This document shows positions 29,566 to 38,762 of a DNA stretch of 64,000 bases, one piece after another. Within the stretch, counting starts at the first letter, position 1; each line of letters opens with the position of its first letter. The notes under the pieces were generated by a model. The model saw only the letters and a list, made by a program, of their open reading frames with translations. It was not told the origin of the DNA and did no database searches. The translations under genes were made by a program, and so were the position numbers. The DNA comes from an uncultured Bacteroides sp. (lineage in GTDB: Bacteria; Bacillota; Clostridia; Oscillospirales; Acutalibacteraceae): positions 813-64,812 of the forward strand of contig CAZGRZ010000003.1 of the NCBI GenBank assembly GCA_964528285.1, in the 5' to 3' direction.

Positions 29566-30925
29566 AATGTGATTTGTCAACAGCTCTAAATCTTGTAAAT
29601 TCTTTATCAAATGTCATTTCAATACATCCCGTTGCGCCATGTCTGTTCTTAGCAATTATGAGTTCTGTCTTATCAGCATCAATTTTATCTTGCTCATCGT
29701 CATCGACCTCTGAACGATAATAATCCTCTCTGTAAAGAAAAAGGACAATGTCAGCATCCTGCTCGATTGAACCGGATTCGCGCAAATCCGAAAGCTGAGG
29801 TCTGTGGTTTCTTCCGCGACCTTCTGTTCCGCGGGCAAGCTGTGCACAGCACACTACCGGGATGTTCAATTCCTTAGCCATCATCTTAAGCTGTCTTGTG
29901 ATTTCAGAGACCTCCTGGACTCGGTTTTCTTTTTTAGTTGCAGAAGAAATTAAGCCTAAATAATCAATTATAATGCAGTCAACATTTTTCATTCTTCTGA
30001 CTCTTGATTTTATTTCAGGAACTGTTATTGATGTTGTATCGTCAAGATAAAGCTCTACATCATTAAACTGTCCTGCAGCATTACCGAGCCTTACCCATTC
30101 ATCATTAGTAAGCTCGCCTGATTTGAGCTTTTGTGATTCAACACCTGACTGAGCTGAAAGCAGCCTTTCTGCAAGCTGCTCTTTTGTCATCTCAATGCTG
30201 AAGACAACACATTTTTTTCTTGCATTCATCGTGACATTCTGTGCAATATTCAGTGCAAAGCTGGTTTTACCCATTCCCGGTCTGGCACCAATAAGAATAA
30301 GGTCAGTTTTATTAAGACCGTTTAAGTACTTATCAAGCATACCGAAGCCGCTCGGTATCCCCTTGTATTTATCTTTATCCTCACCTGTAATCTGTGAGAG
30401 TTTTGTATAAACATCATTTACAATAACCTCACTGATTTTTGTAGGTCCGTTCTTTTCCCTACCCTGACGGATGTTATATATCATCTGCTCTGCACGGTCA
30501 AGAATTATTGAAGCATCAGCTTCACCGCCGGTAGCCTTATCAATAATATCATTTGAAATTTCAACAAGCGTCCTTAGGTAATATTGCTCTTTAACAATTC
30601 TTACATAGTATTCAATATTAGCGGTTGACGGAACAGATTGAGCAAGCTGAAGTAAATAATCGCGTCCGCCTGACATATCATAAAGGCCGTTTTTAACTAA
30701 CGTGTCGGCAATAATGACGGGATCGATTGCCTTTGACTTGCTATACATAAGCATCATCGCATTGAATATAGCGCGATTCTGAGGAAAATAAAAACAATCC
30801 GAATTTATTTCAGCAACAACATCTTCCATACAGTCTGCATCAAGCAAAACGCAGCCGAGTACTGACTGCTCCGCCTCAAGATTATACGGCATAGCTGTGC
30901 TTGGAACAACATTAACATCAGCCAT
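29558..30925 (-). CDS. dnaB: Replicative DNA helicase
   Basis: EAEQSVLG, ARPGMGKT, IDYL, DLRESGSIEQDAD, AKNRHG. Confidence 0.97.
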   Translation of the reverse strand: MADVNVVPSTAMPYNLEAEQSVLGCVLLDADCMEDVVAEINSDCFYFPQNRAIFNAMMLMYSKSKAIDPVIIADTLVKNGLYDMSGGRDYLLQLAQSVPSTANIEYYVRIVKEQYYLRTLVEISNDIIDKATGGEADASIILDRAEQMIYNIRQGREKNGPTKISEVIVNDVYTKLSQITGEDKDKYKGIPSGFGMLDKYLNGLNKTDLILIGARPGMGKTSFALNIAQNVTMNARKKCVVFSIEMTKEQLAERLLSAQSGVESQKLKSGELTNDEWVRLGNAAGQFNDVELYLDDTTSITVPEIKSRVRRMKNVDCIIIDYLGLISSATKKENRVQEVSEITRQLKMMAKELNIPVVCCAQLARGTEGRGRNHRPQLSDLRESGSIEQDADIVLFLYREDYYRSEVDDDEQDKIDADKTELIIAKNRHGATGCIEMTFDKEFTRFRAVDKSHYE

Positions 30926-30927
30926 AG

Positions 30928-31371
30928 TTAAGCCTCCGATACCTGAACAAACACGTTTGCTGAAATGCCTTGGTATACTTTGATTTCAGCTTGGACAGTA
31001 CCGAACGATTTTATGTCCTGCATAACAATTTTTCGCTTATCGATGTCAACATTTAAGTCTTCGCTGATTTTTTTTGAAACATCCTTTGATGTAACTGAGC
31101 CGAAAAGCTTTCCGTTCGCACCTGCCTTTGCAGTGAGCTTAAAGGTTTTTCCTTCAAGTAAATCAGCTGTATTTTGTGCAGATTTGATTTCTTCTGCTTT
31201 ATGGAATTTTTTTGCGCTTTCTTTATTATTAAAGTCATTCATTGCAGAAGCATTAGCTTCAATTGCAAGTCCCTTAGGAAAAAGAAAATTTCTTGCGTAA
31301 CCGTCTGAAACATTAACTAATTCCCCTTTTTTACCGAGACTCTTTACATCCTGTTTAAGAATTATTTTCAT
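30928..31371 (-). CDS. rplI: 50S ribosomal protein L9
   Basis: [29 protein letters not shown]. Confidence 0.97.
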   Translation of the reverse strand: MKIILKQDVKSLGKKGELVNVSDGYARNFLFPKGLAIEANASAMNDFNNKESAKKFHKAEEIKSAQNTADLLEGKTFKLTAKAGANGKLFGSVTSKDVSKKISEDLNVDIDKRKIVMQDIKSFGTVQAEIKVYQGISANVFVQVSEA

Positions 31372-31381
31372 ATCTATTCTC

Positions 31382-33157
31382 CTATATTTCCATAAAAATC
31401 GGAAGTATCATCGGACTGCGCTTTGTTTTTTCATACATAAGTTTTGCAAGCTCATCGCGCAATCTTGTTTTGACTGAATTCCAGTCACGATATTTTTTAT
31501 CATAGCTTTCATCAATAACTCTGGCGGCAAGCTCTCTTGCTCTGTTCATAAGAAGTTCATTTTCTTTTACATAAACAAATCCTCGTGAAACTACATCCGG
31601 ACCGCTGACAACATATCCGCTGGAGCTGTCAATTGTGGCGACAACAATAATTATGCCATCCTTTGACAAATGTTTTCTGTCATTGAGAACAATGTTGCCG
31701 ACATCTCCAACACCGATTCCATCAACATATATTTCGCCGGACGGTACGTTTTCTACCTTTTTTATACCGTCCTCGGAAATCTGAATTTTTTCACCGATAT
31801 TGCCGACATAAATATTATCCTTATCAATACCCATTGAAACGGCAAGATCAGCATGCTTTCGCAAATGTTTCTGCTCACCGTGAACAGGAATAAAGAACTT
31901 TGGTTTAACAAGGCCCATCATAAGCTTAAGCTCTTCCTGACACGCATGACCTGATACATGAACTTCATACATTTTTTCATATATAACGTCAACGCCGCGT
32001 TTCATCAGCTCATTGACAACATTGCCGACCATTTTTTCATTACCGGGAATAGGAGTTGCTGAAATAATTACATAATCATTTGGTGTAACGCTGACCTTTC
32101 TGTGCTCACCTATTGACATTTTTGTAAGAGCAGACATAGGCTCGCCCTGAGATCCCGTTGTAATAATAACCAGTTTATCATCAGGATAACTTTTGATTGT
32201 GTTGATGTCAATAAGAAGACCTTCAGGAACATTGAGGTACCCGAGCTCTTTGCCGACGTTAACAAGGTTTTCAAGACTTCTGCCTGTAACTGCAACCTTT
32301 CTGTCTCTTGACTCAGCAACATCAATAATCTGCTGTACTCTGTGAATATTTGAGGCAAAGGTTGCTACAACAATTCTCTTATTCTTTGCTTTTCTGAAAA
32401 GCGTTTCAAAAGATTCACCAACTGATTTTTCACTTGCAGAATATCCGGGTCTTTCAGCGTTTGTGGAATCCGAAAGAAGAGCAAGAACCCCCTTCTTGCC
32501 GTGTTCTGCGAATCTCGGAAGATCAATCATATCACCGTCAACAGGTGTTGTGTCTATTTTGAAATCACCTGTCTGAATTATAACTCCGGCAGGACATTTG
32601 ATTGCAAGACCGACCGCGTCAGGTATTGAATGATTAACATGAATCAGCTCAATATTAAAGTTCCCGAGAGATATATTGTCTCTTGGCTTAATTTCGATAA
32701 GCTTTGCTTTATTGAGCAAGTCGTGCTCCTCAAGCTTGCCTTTAATCAATCCTATTGTCAGCTTAGTTGCATAAATAGGAATATTCACTTTTTTGAGCAA
32801 ATAAGCAATACCACCGATATGGTCCTCGTGACCATGTGTAACAATTATGCCTTTAATTTTTTCTGCATTATTTTCCACATAAGTGAAATCGGGAATTACC
32901 AAATCAACCCCCGGTAAATCCGAATTAGGAAAGGCAAGACCGCAGTCAACGATAAACATATCATTATCGTATTCATATAAGGTCATATTCTTTCCAATCT
33001 CATTCATACCGCCCAAAAAAGCAATACGAACAAACTCCTTACCCTTCGGCGGCTGGAGAATTTTCTTTTTAGAGGCTTTACGATAAGTTACATAATGCTT
33101 TTGGGAATTCCGTTTTCCTATAGCATTTATATCGTTTTGCCTATTTTGTTTTGTCAT
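31382..33157 (-). CDS. rnj: Ribonuclease J
   Basis: [32 protein letters not shown]. Confidence 0.96.
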   Translation of the reverse strand: MTKQNRQNDINAIGKRNSQKHYVTYRKASKKKILQPPKGKEFVRIAFLGGMNEIGKNMTLYEYDNDMFIVDCGLAFPNSDLPGVDLVIPDFTYVENNAEKIKGIIVTHGHEDHIGGIAYLLKKVNIPIYATKLTIGLIKGKLEEHDLLNKAKLIEIKPRDNISLGNFNIELIHVNHSIPDAVGLAIKCPAGVIIQTGDFKIDTTPVDGDMIDLPRFAEHGKKGVLALLSDSTNAERPGYSASEKSVGESFETLFRKAKNKRIVVATFASNIHRVQQIIDVAESRDRKVAVTGRSLENLVNVGKELGYLNVPEGLLIDINTIKSYPDDKLVIITTGSQGEPMSALTKMSIGEHRKVSVTPNDYVIISATPIPGNEKMVGNVVNELMKRGVDVIYEKMYEVHVSGHACQEELKLMMGLVKPKFFIPVHGEQKHLRKHADLAVSMGIDKDNIYVGNIGEKIQISEDGIKKVENVPSGEIYVDGIGVGDVGNIVLNDRKHLSKDGIIIVVATIDSSSGYVVSGPDVVSRGFVYVKENELLMNRARELAARVIDESYDKKYRDWNSVKTRLRDELAKLMYEKTKRSPMILPIFMEI

Positions 33158-33264
33158 AAATTACCTCCGTTAAATAAATTTTTCCGAACAAATTAATCTA
33201 ATATATAATAAGTCATTATTCTTCTCTTGTCAAGTAATACAATTAACAATAAATGTCAATATAC

Positions 33265-33304
33265 TTATCCACATATTGATTATTACCAATTTTAATGGTA
33301 AAAT
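33265..33304 (+). promoter_or_regulatory. Consensus DnaA box abutting the sigma-A promoter of rnhA
   Basis: TTATCCACA at 33265-33273; TTGATT (33276)-17 nt-TAAAAT with extended TG. Confidence 0.5.
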
Positions 33305-33348
33305 ATGTGTGATTTAAAATTTAATGCAAAAAATATATTGGTGATACA

Positions 33349-33783
33349 ATGAAAAGTATTGAAATTTATACAGACGGAGCATGCAGCGGAAATCCCGGAA
33401 AAGGTGGCTGGGGTGCTGTTCTTGTTTACAAAAATAAAGAAAAAGAAATGTGCGCAGGGGCTCATGAAACAACAAATAACAGAATGGAATTAACGGCTGT
33501 CATTGAAGCATTAAAGACAGTTAAAGAGCCGTGCAACATCACATTGACAACCGATTCAAAATATGTCTGTGATGCGGTCAATAAAGGCTGGTTATATTCA
33601 TGGGAAAAGAATAACTGGAAGAAAGCAGACCGCAAGACTGCACAAAATGTTGATTTATGGACACAGCTTCTTCCACTGCTAAAAAAGCACAATATTACCT
33701 TCAATTGGGTAAAGGGTCATAACGGTCATCCTTACAACGAACGCTGTGATAAGCTTGCCGTTGACTGCTACCGGAACCTGTAA
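33349..33783 (+). CDS. rnhA: Ribonuclease HI
   Basis: YTDGACSGNPG, TTNNRMEL, TDSKY, WVKGH, NERCD. Confidence 0.97.
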   Translation: MKSIEIYTDGACSGNPGKGGWGAVLVYKNKEKEMCAGAHETTNNRMELTAVIEALKTVKEPCNITLTTDSKYVCDAVNKGWLYSWEKNNWKKADRKTAQNVDLWTQLLPLLKKHNITFNWVKGHNGHPYNERCDKLAVDCYRNL

Positions 33784-33788
33784 ATAAC

Positions 33789-33815
33789 AAAGAGCCGTTG
33801 TTAATACAGCTCTTT
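33789..33815. terminator. Hairpin between convergent rnhA and GDSL genes
   Basis: AAAGAGC...GCTCTTT. Confidence 0.55.
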
Positions 33816-34451
33816 TTATTTTAAGTCAAATCTGCTTAAAACTGCATCTGCTATAACCTTATGCCCGAGATTTGTCGGATGTATACCGTCAGTTGCGAGT
33901 TTATAAGGGTCAATGCTCTGCTGAGCCTTATCAAATTCTGCCTGTAAATCAATAATTTCTGCCGAATTATCTTCAGCCATTTTACGAAGCTCATCTCTGT
34001 ATTCATTAAGTATATTATGAAAAGGCAGCTTTTCCTCAACAGTATCAGTCATAAAAGGAAGGAGAAAAAGCACCTGAACATTGTCAAGCTCGGCATTTAT
34101 GCGCCTGTATATTTCTTGCATATGCTCTTTCATAGGTCTCCTAAGCGGCGGATAATTTTCAGGTACATAATGCTCCCACGCATCATTAACACCTATAAGC
34201 ATAATTATTACATCAGGTTTCAGATTTATACAGTCTTTTGTAAGTCTGTCGTAAATATGATATGTTCTGTTACTTGCAATTCCTTTATAGAAAAAAGTCA
34301 AATTTCTGAAATGCTTTCTCAGCTGCTTTGAAACCTGCAAAGGATATACATTCTTACCATGCAGCTTTCTATTCATTCTTGAATTGAATTTTATATCAGT
34401 AATACTGTCACCTAAAAACAATATCTTACTGTTGTCCTTAATTTTTATCAT
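33816..34451 (-). CDS. SGNH/GDSL hydrolase
   Basis: GDSIT, GVND, DGIHP blocks. Confidence 0.92.
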   Translation of the reverse strand: MIKIKDNSKILFLGDSITDIKFNSRMNRKLHGKNVYPLQVSKQLRKHFRNLTFFYKGIASNRTYHIYDRLTKDCINLKPDVIIMLIGVNDAWEHYVPENYPPLRRPMKEHMQEIYRRINAELDNVQVLFLLPFMTDTVEEKLPFHNILNEYRDELRKMAEDNSAEIIDLQAEFDKAQQSIDPYKLATDGIHPTNLGHKVIADAVLSRFDLK

Positions 34452-34459
34452 CTTAATTT

Positions 34460-34616
34460 CTATAGCCTTTCCCCTGCTTCAAACAGTTAATTAAAAATCA
34501 CCTATCCGCCTCATGCAGCCGTACAAGGCGCATACGCATAATGGAAATTTAGCCATCTCATAATTATGCCGCAAGCAAATTTTGAGGGTGTTGTAATCGG
34601 ATTAGTGTGAATTTTA
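34460..34616 (-). repeat. Dispersed structured 5'-UTR element, copy 3 (before GDSL hydrolase)
   Basis: Same core as copies 1 and 2; fills almost the whole yitT-GDSL gap; internal TATGCG tandem duplication. Confidence 0.85.
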
Positions 34617-34619
34617 ACT

Positions 34620-35516
34620 CTAATCTCCTAATTTTGAATTCTTATCTTTATTTTTTGAACCGAAAACATCTGCCACTTCCGTTATAGAAATATATGCTTT
34701 AGGGTCAACCTCATGTACGATTTCTCTCATTTTACTGACCTGAAATCTGTTGATTACAAAATATATAACGGATTTATTATTATTTGAATAATAACCTTTT
34801 GCATCAAAAAAAGTAATCCCGTTCTCAAAAGCCGCAGACAACTCTTCACATATTTCCTCTTGTTTTTCAGTAATAATCATTGCTGATTTAGAACGGTCAA
34901 AGCCTTCGACAATATAGTCAATAGTTTTCAGTGCTGCAACATAAGTAACTATTGAATATAGCGGCAGAATCCAACTTTGAATTACAATTCCGCAAATTAT
35001 GTAAAGAATTACATTATATATCATTACAAATGTTCCTACGGTAATATTGAGCCTTTTTGCAAAAATTACTGCAAGAACTTCTATACCGTCAATGGCTCCG
35101 CCGAATCTTATTGCAAGACCGCTTCCGATACCTGAAATTAATCCGCCGAATATTGCGCATAAAAACAAATCGGATTTTGCAAGCGGTGAAACAGTACTTA
35201 CATCAATGGGAAGGATATCTGTTATCAGCCACGCACTTAACGCATAAACGGCAACAGTGAAAACGGAATATACAGTGAATTCCACACCTTGCTTTTTTAA
35301 CCCGAAAATAAAGATAGGAATATTAAGAATAATAAGAAAAAATGATAACTGAAGGAAGTCGGGTGTAACCTGTGAAAGAAGCATTGATGTTCCTGAAATG
35401 CCGCTGTCATACAATTTAACAGGCTGTAAAAATACCGTTACACCGACAGAATTAATCATACCGGCAAACAGCAACAAAATAAAATTTTTAATTTTTAGTT
35501 TTTTTAATTTTTGCAT
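34620..35516 (-). CDS. YitT family membrane protein
   Basis: Multi-TM, LYDSGISG, LNIPIF, C-terminal DUF2179-like (VHEVDPKAYISI). Confidence 0.88.
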   Translation of the reverse strand: MQKLKKLKIKNFILLLFAGMINSVGVTVFLQPVKLYDSGISGTSMLLSQVTPDFLQLSFFLIILNIPIFIFGLKKQGVEFTVYSVFTVAVYALSAWLITDILPIDVSTVSPLAKSDLFLCAIFGGLISGIGSGLAIRFGGAIDGIEVLAVIFAKRLNITVGTFVMIYNVILYIICGIVIQSWILPLYSIVTYVAALKTIDYIVEGFDRSKSAMIITEKQEEICEELSAAFENGITFFDAKGYYSNNNKSVIYFVINRFQVSKMREIVHEVDPKAYISITEVADVFGSKNKDKNSKLGD

Positions 35517-35551
35517 ATAACTCCTTAAGAAATAAAAATTTTATAAGAATA

Positions 35552-35579
35552 TTGACCTTGTCATATCAGGCAAGGTCAA
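35552..35579 (-). terminator. Terminator-like hairpin
   Basis: TTGACCTTG/CAAGGTCAA inverted repeat. Confidence 0.5.
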
Positions 35580-35612
35580 ACCTTTATTATTTATTACGAA
35601 AATAACATATAA

Positions 35613-36260
35613 TTAATCAGCAGAAGCTTCTGTTGCTTGCTTTTCAGCAACAGTAGTTTTTTCTGCGGACTGTGTTGCCGAAGAAGGCTGAGCAGTTGTT
35701 TCATACTTAGAAATAAGACCGCTTGACACAATATGTGTTATTTCATAATCAATATTATACTCTGACAGAAGTGAAAGAACCTGGAAATTAAGAAAATCCT
35801 CATCAGCATTCTCGTCCTGAATGATAAGCTTTGTACCGTCATCAAGATATTTGACTGACCTGTCAAGCTCCTGAATGCCATCAATTTCCTCACCCTCAAA
35901 AAAGATATAAGTACCTTTAACGGTAATTGTATTTTTAAAATCATCAGACGTCTGAGTTATGTATGTTTTTCTCGTAGAAGCAGTTGTTTTCTCATCAGCG
36001 AAATTAATAACTCCGCTGTAATATAATGCACAGATAACTGCAACCGCAACAGCTATAACAGCGAGAAGCACCCACGGCCATTTTTTCTTCTTATTTTTTT
36101 TGAAACGATGACGCTCCAGCGTAGGTGTGTCTTCATCCTCCTCGTCTGTATGGGTTGAACTCATACCCATTTCCGATGCGGTTTCCTGATATGATGCATC
36201 ACTCTTCTTATGCACAACAAGCGGACTGTCAAGTCTTTCTTCCTTGATTTCTTCTTCCAT
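35613..36260 (-). CDS. Hypothetical single-pass membrane protein
   Basis: Acidic N-terminus, KKKK then TM helix, T/A-rich tail; start after GAGG. Confidence 0.75.
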   Translation of the reverse strand: MEEEIKEERLDSPLVVHKKSDASYQETASEMGMSSTHTDEEDEDTPTLERHRFKKNKKKKWPWVLLAVIAVAVAVICALYYSGVINFADEKTTASTRKTYITQTSDDFKNTITVKGTYIFFEGEEIDGIQELDRSVKYLDDGTKLIIQDENADEDFLNFQVLSLLSEYNIDYEITHIVSSGLISKYETTAQPSSATQSAEKTTVAEKQATEASAD

Positions 36261-36388
36261 ATGAATTACCTCGAAATAATTTCTATTTTTTATTTTAGCA
36301 TACTCTTCCTCTTTTTTCAATAAGTATTGAATTCATTGTATAAAATTGATATAATTAGTTATAGAGAAAAATTTCAGGAGGGCATCTA

Positions 36389-37270
36389 ATGAGAATACTT
36401 ACATTTGATGTTGGCGGAACAAACATCAAATATGCATTATGCAATGAAAAATTTATCCTTACTGACAGGCATACGATTCCAACCGAGGCAGAAAAGGGCG
36501 GTCAGGTGCTTATCCGGAAAATAATATCCATTATAGAAAGTTATGATGATATTGACAGAGTTGCTATATCGACAGCAGGTCAGGTTGACAGCAAAAACGG
36601 TATAGTTGTTTATTCCACCGGAAACATTCCGTATTACACCGGTATGATGGTTAAAAAAATAATTGAAAATAAAACAAAAATACCTACTTATGTTGAAAAT
36701 GACGTTAACGCATTTGCCATGGGTGAAGCACAATTTGGTGCAGCAAAAGGAAAATCCGATTTTCTCTGTCTGACATACGGAACGGGTATAGGAGGAGCGC
36801 TTTATCTTGATAATAAATTATACAAGGGTATGGGCTCATCAGCCGGCGAATTCGGACATATGATTACACACGCCGGCGGAAAACAATGCACCTGCGGAGG
36901 GGAAGGCTGTTATGAATGCTATGCCTCAACAAAAGCCCTCCTTGAATCTGTTAATAAGCGAAATTCAACAAATTTAAATGCCTTTGAAATTTTTGAAAAA
37001 GAAAATTTTCAAAAGCCTGAGATAAGGTCAGTAATTGATCAATGGATTGATGAAATGATTATCGGACTGATAAATATCATTTATATTTTCAATCCTCCTC
37101 TTATTGTCCTCGGCGGCGGAATTATGAATGAGGATTATGTAATAGATTTGATTGACAGAAAAATTTATAATCTTCTGATGGAAAATTTTAAAGATGTAAA
37201 CATTGTCAGATCAAAGCTCGGTAATGACGCTGCACTGCTCGGTGTTGCATCAGAAGCAACAAGAATATAG
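36389..37270 (+). CDS. ROK family sugar kinase
   Basis: DVGGT, ENDVN, GTGIGG, GEFGH, CTCGGEGCYE; no HTH. Confidence 0.92.
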   Translation: MRILTFDVGGTNIKYALCNEKFILTDRHTIPTEAEKGGQVLIRKIISIIESYDDIDRVAISTAGQVDSKNGIVVYSTGNIPYYTGMMVKKIIENKTKIPTYVENDVNAFAMGEAQFGAAKGKSDFLCLTYGTGIGGALYLDNKLYKGMGSSAGEFGHMITHAGGKQCTCGGEGCYECYASTKALLESVNKRNSTNLNAFEIFEKENFQKPEIRSVIDQWIDEMIIGLINIIYIFNPPLIVLGGGIMNEDYVIDLIDRKIYNLLMENFKDVNIVRSKLGNDAALLGVASEATRI

Positions 37271-37274
37271 TCTA

Positions 37275-37418
37275 TTCGCCGATGTTCCCCACCGCTTAAG
37301 AGGTGGAACCCACTTCTGAAATTCAGTGATAGTACTAATATCCCACTGAAACCCTGAGGAACAAACGCACACTGTACAGGGTGCAATCATTAGCAAACTC
37401 CATTTCAAGTGAACTTGA
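37275..37418 (-). ncRNA. Candidate structured RNA of unknown class
   Basis: Closing stem plus three internal hairpins and a flanking hairpin, GC-richer than other intergenic DNA; strand inferred only from G-U pairs. Confidence 0.45.
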
Positions 37419-37450
37419 TAGAATTAATATTTATAAAATATTTATAATCT

Positions 37451-37480
37451 AAAGGGTCTGAGATAATTCTCAGGCCCTTT
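37451..37480. terminator. Bidirectional terminator
   Basis: AAAGGGTCTGAG...CTCAGGCCCTTT. Confidence 0.7.
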
Positions 37481-38729
37481 AAATCAGATACTCTTTGAGT
37501 TCGATGAATTTTTCATTATTTGATTCAACAATATTTTCATTAATTTCACAGTCAATTTTAACCGTATTTATAAGTTTTGGATTTCTTACTTCAAGCTTAT
37601 TGCCGTTAAATCGAATTAAATTTTCTATTCCTCCAAGTGCCTCAACAGTTGAACTGAGCCGTGTCGGAATATATATGTTTATGCAATCTGATATTCCGTG
37701 CTTTTCATTACTGAATTTAAAAAGGAAATATCCTATTGTGAAAAAGACAACACCGCCGGCAAGAAGATAAACATAATTATCGGAATTAATTATCATCTCG
37801 ATAATTCCGCCATTGAAAACATAGCCTATACTTAATTTCAAAAGATAAGCGGACACAAATGAAAGAACCGAAATAAATATAACGGATAAAAACAGAAAAG
37901 GACTTTCCAAAAGGATAAACAAAAACAGATAGGTAAGATCACCCGATATAACAGAAGATACAGTCATAATAATCAAAACCGTTTTCTGTGCATTTTTCAG
38001 CTTACTCATCATTGAGACGCAGATACCCGAGACACCAAACAGAAGATAATAATGTCCTGACAAAAAAGCTGAAACAAGGTCGCCGTTGTAACCGGAATTA
38101 AATAAATCCTTGATTCCCGTAACTATATTTCCATCAATTAGTTGTGAACCACCGTAGCTTTTATAAAAAAACAAATCCCTGAAATTATCAACACCTAAAA
38201 GAGTAAAAATACTGTCAATTGCTGAAAATAAAGCAGATGAAAAAACGCCCTTGCCGCTTACAGCAAGTGAAACAGTCATAAGAAAATTTTCAAAATATTC
38301 AAATACATATCCCGACACAATACCGAATGTGATTGAAAAAATAATACTTACAGCCATACTGATTGAAATACCGTATCTGTTAAATAAAAAAGATATAAAT
38401 ACAGAAATGAGCAAACCTGCCAAATAATATATTCCCACATCATAAACGGCATAAAATGCAGTCTGAAAAAATGCAAAGCATATTACACACCAAAACCCTT
38501 TCAGCCATTTCTTACCGTCAGTTAAGTAAACCGTTAAAAAATAGCAGAAAATATAAACAATCAAATTTGAAAACAAATCAGTAAAGCTGTGTATTCCTGC
38601 AGCAAAATAATCATTAACAATAGGAGAAATAAGATTAAATATTTCAGTCGCAACAATCAATATTGAAGCAAATACAAACGGAATCAGCAGTCCTGACTGC
38701 AGCCTGTTAAATTTTTCAAAAAGTTTCAT
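37479..38729 (-). CDS. Degenerate PTS EIICB-like membrane protein
   Basis: Multi-TM body resembling glucose-family EIIC; C-terminal VEALGGIENL EIIB start without the CxTRLR motif. Confidence 0.65.
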   Translation of the reverse strand: MKLFEKFNRLQSGLLIPFVFASILIVATEIFNLISPIVNDYFAAGIHSFTDLFSNLIVYIFCYFLTVYLTDGKKWLKGFWCVICFAFFQTAFYAVYDVGIYYLAGLLISVFISFLFNRYGISISMAVSIIFSITFGIVSGYVFEYFENFLMTVSLAVSGKGVFSSALFSAIDSIFTLLGVDNFRDLFFYKSYGGSQLIDGNIVTGIKDLFNSGYNGDLVSAFLSGHYYLLFGVSGICVSMMSKLKNAQKTVLIIMTVSSVISGDLTYLFLFILLESPFLFLSVIFISVLSFVSAYLLKLSIGYVFNGGIIEMIINSDNYVYLLAGGVVFFTIGYFLFKFSNEKHGISDCINIYIPTRLSSTVEALGGIENLIRFNGNKLEVRNPKLINTVKIDCEINENIVESNNEKFIELKEYLI

Positions 38730-38762
38730 ACCCTCATTATTGACAATAATGAGGGTATTAAT

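Noticed and set aside
37275-37418. SRP RNA, tmRNA, RNase P, tRNA, lysine riboswitch or hammerhead assignment
   Set aside because: Diagnostic motifs are missing (GGAAGGAAGCAG, GAGGAAAGTCC, T-loop GTTCGA, AGAGGTGC), and CTGAGGA lacks a correctly placed GAAA. Left unassigned.
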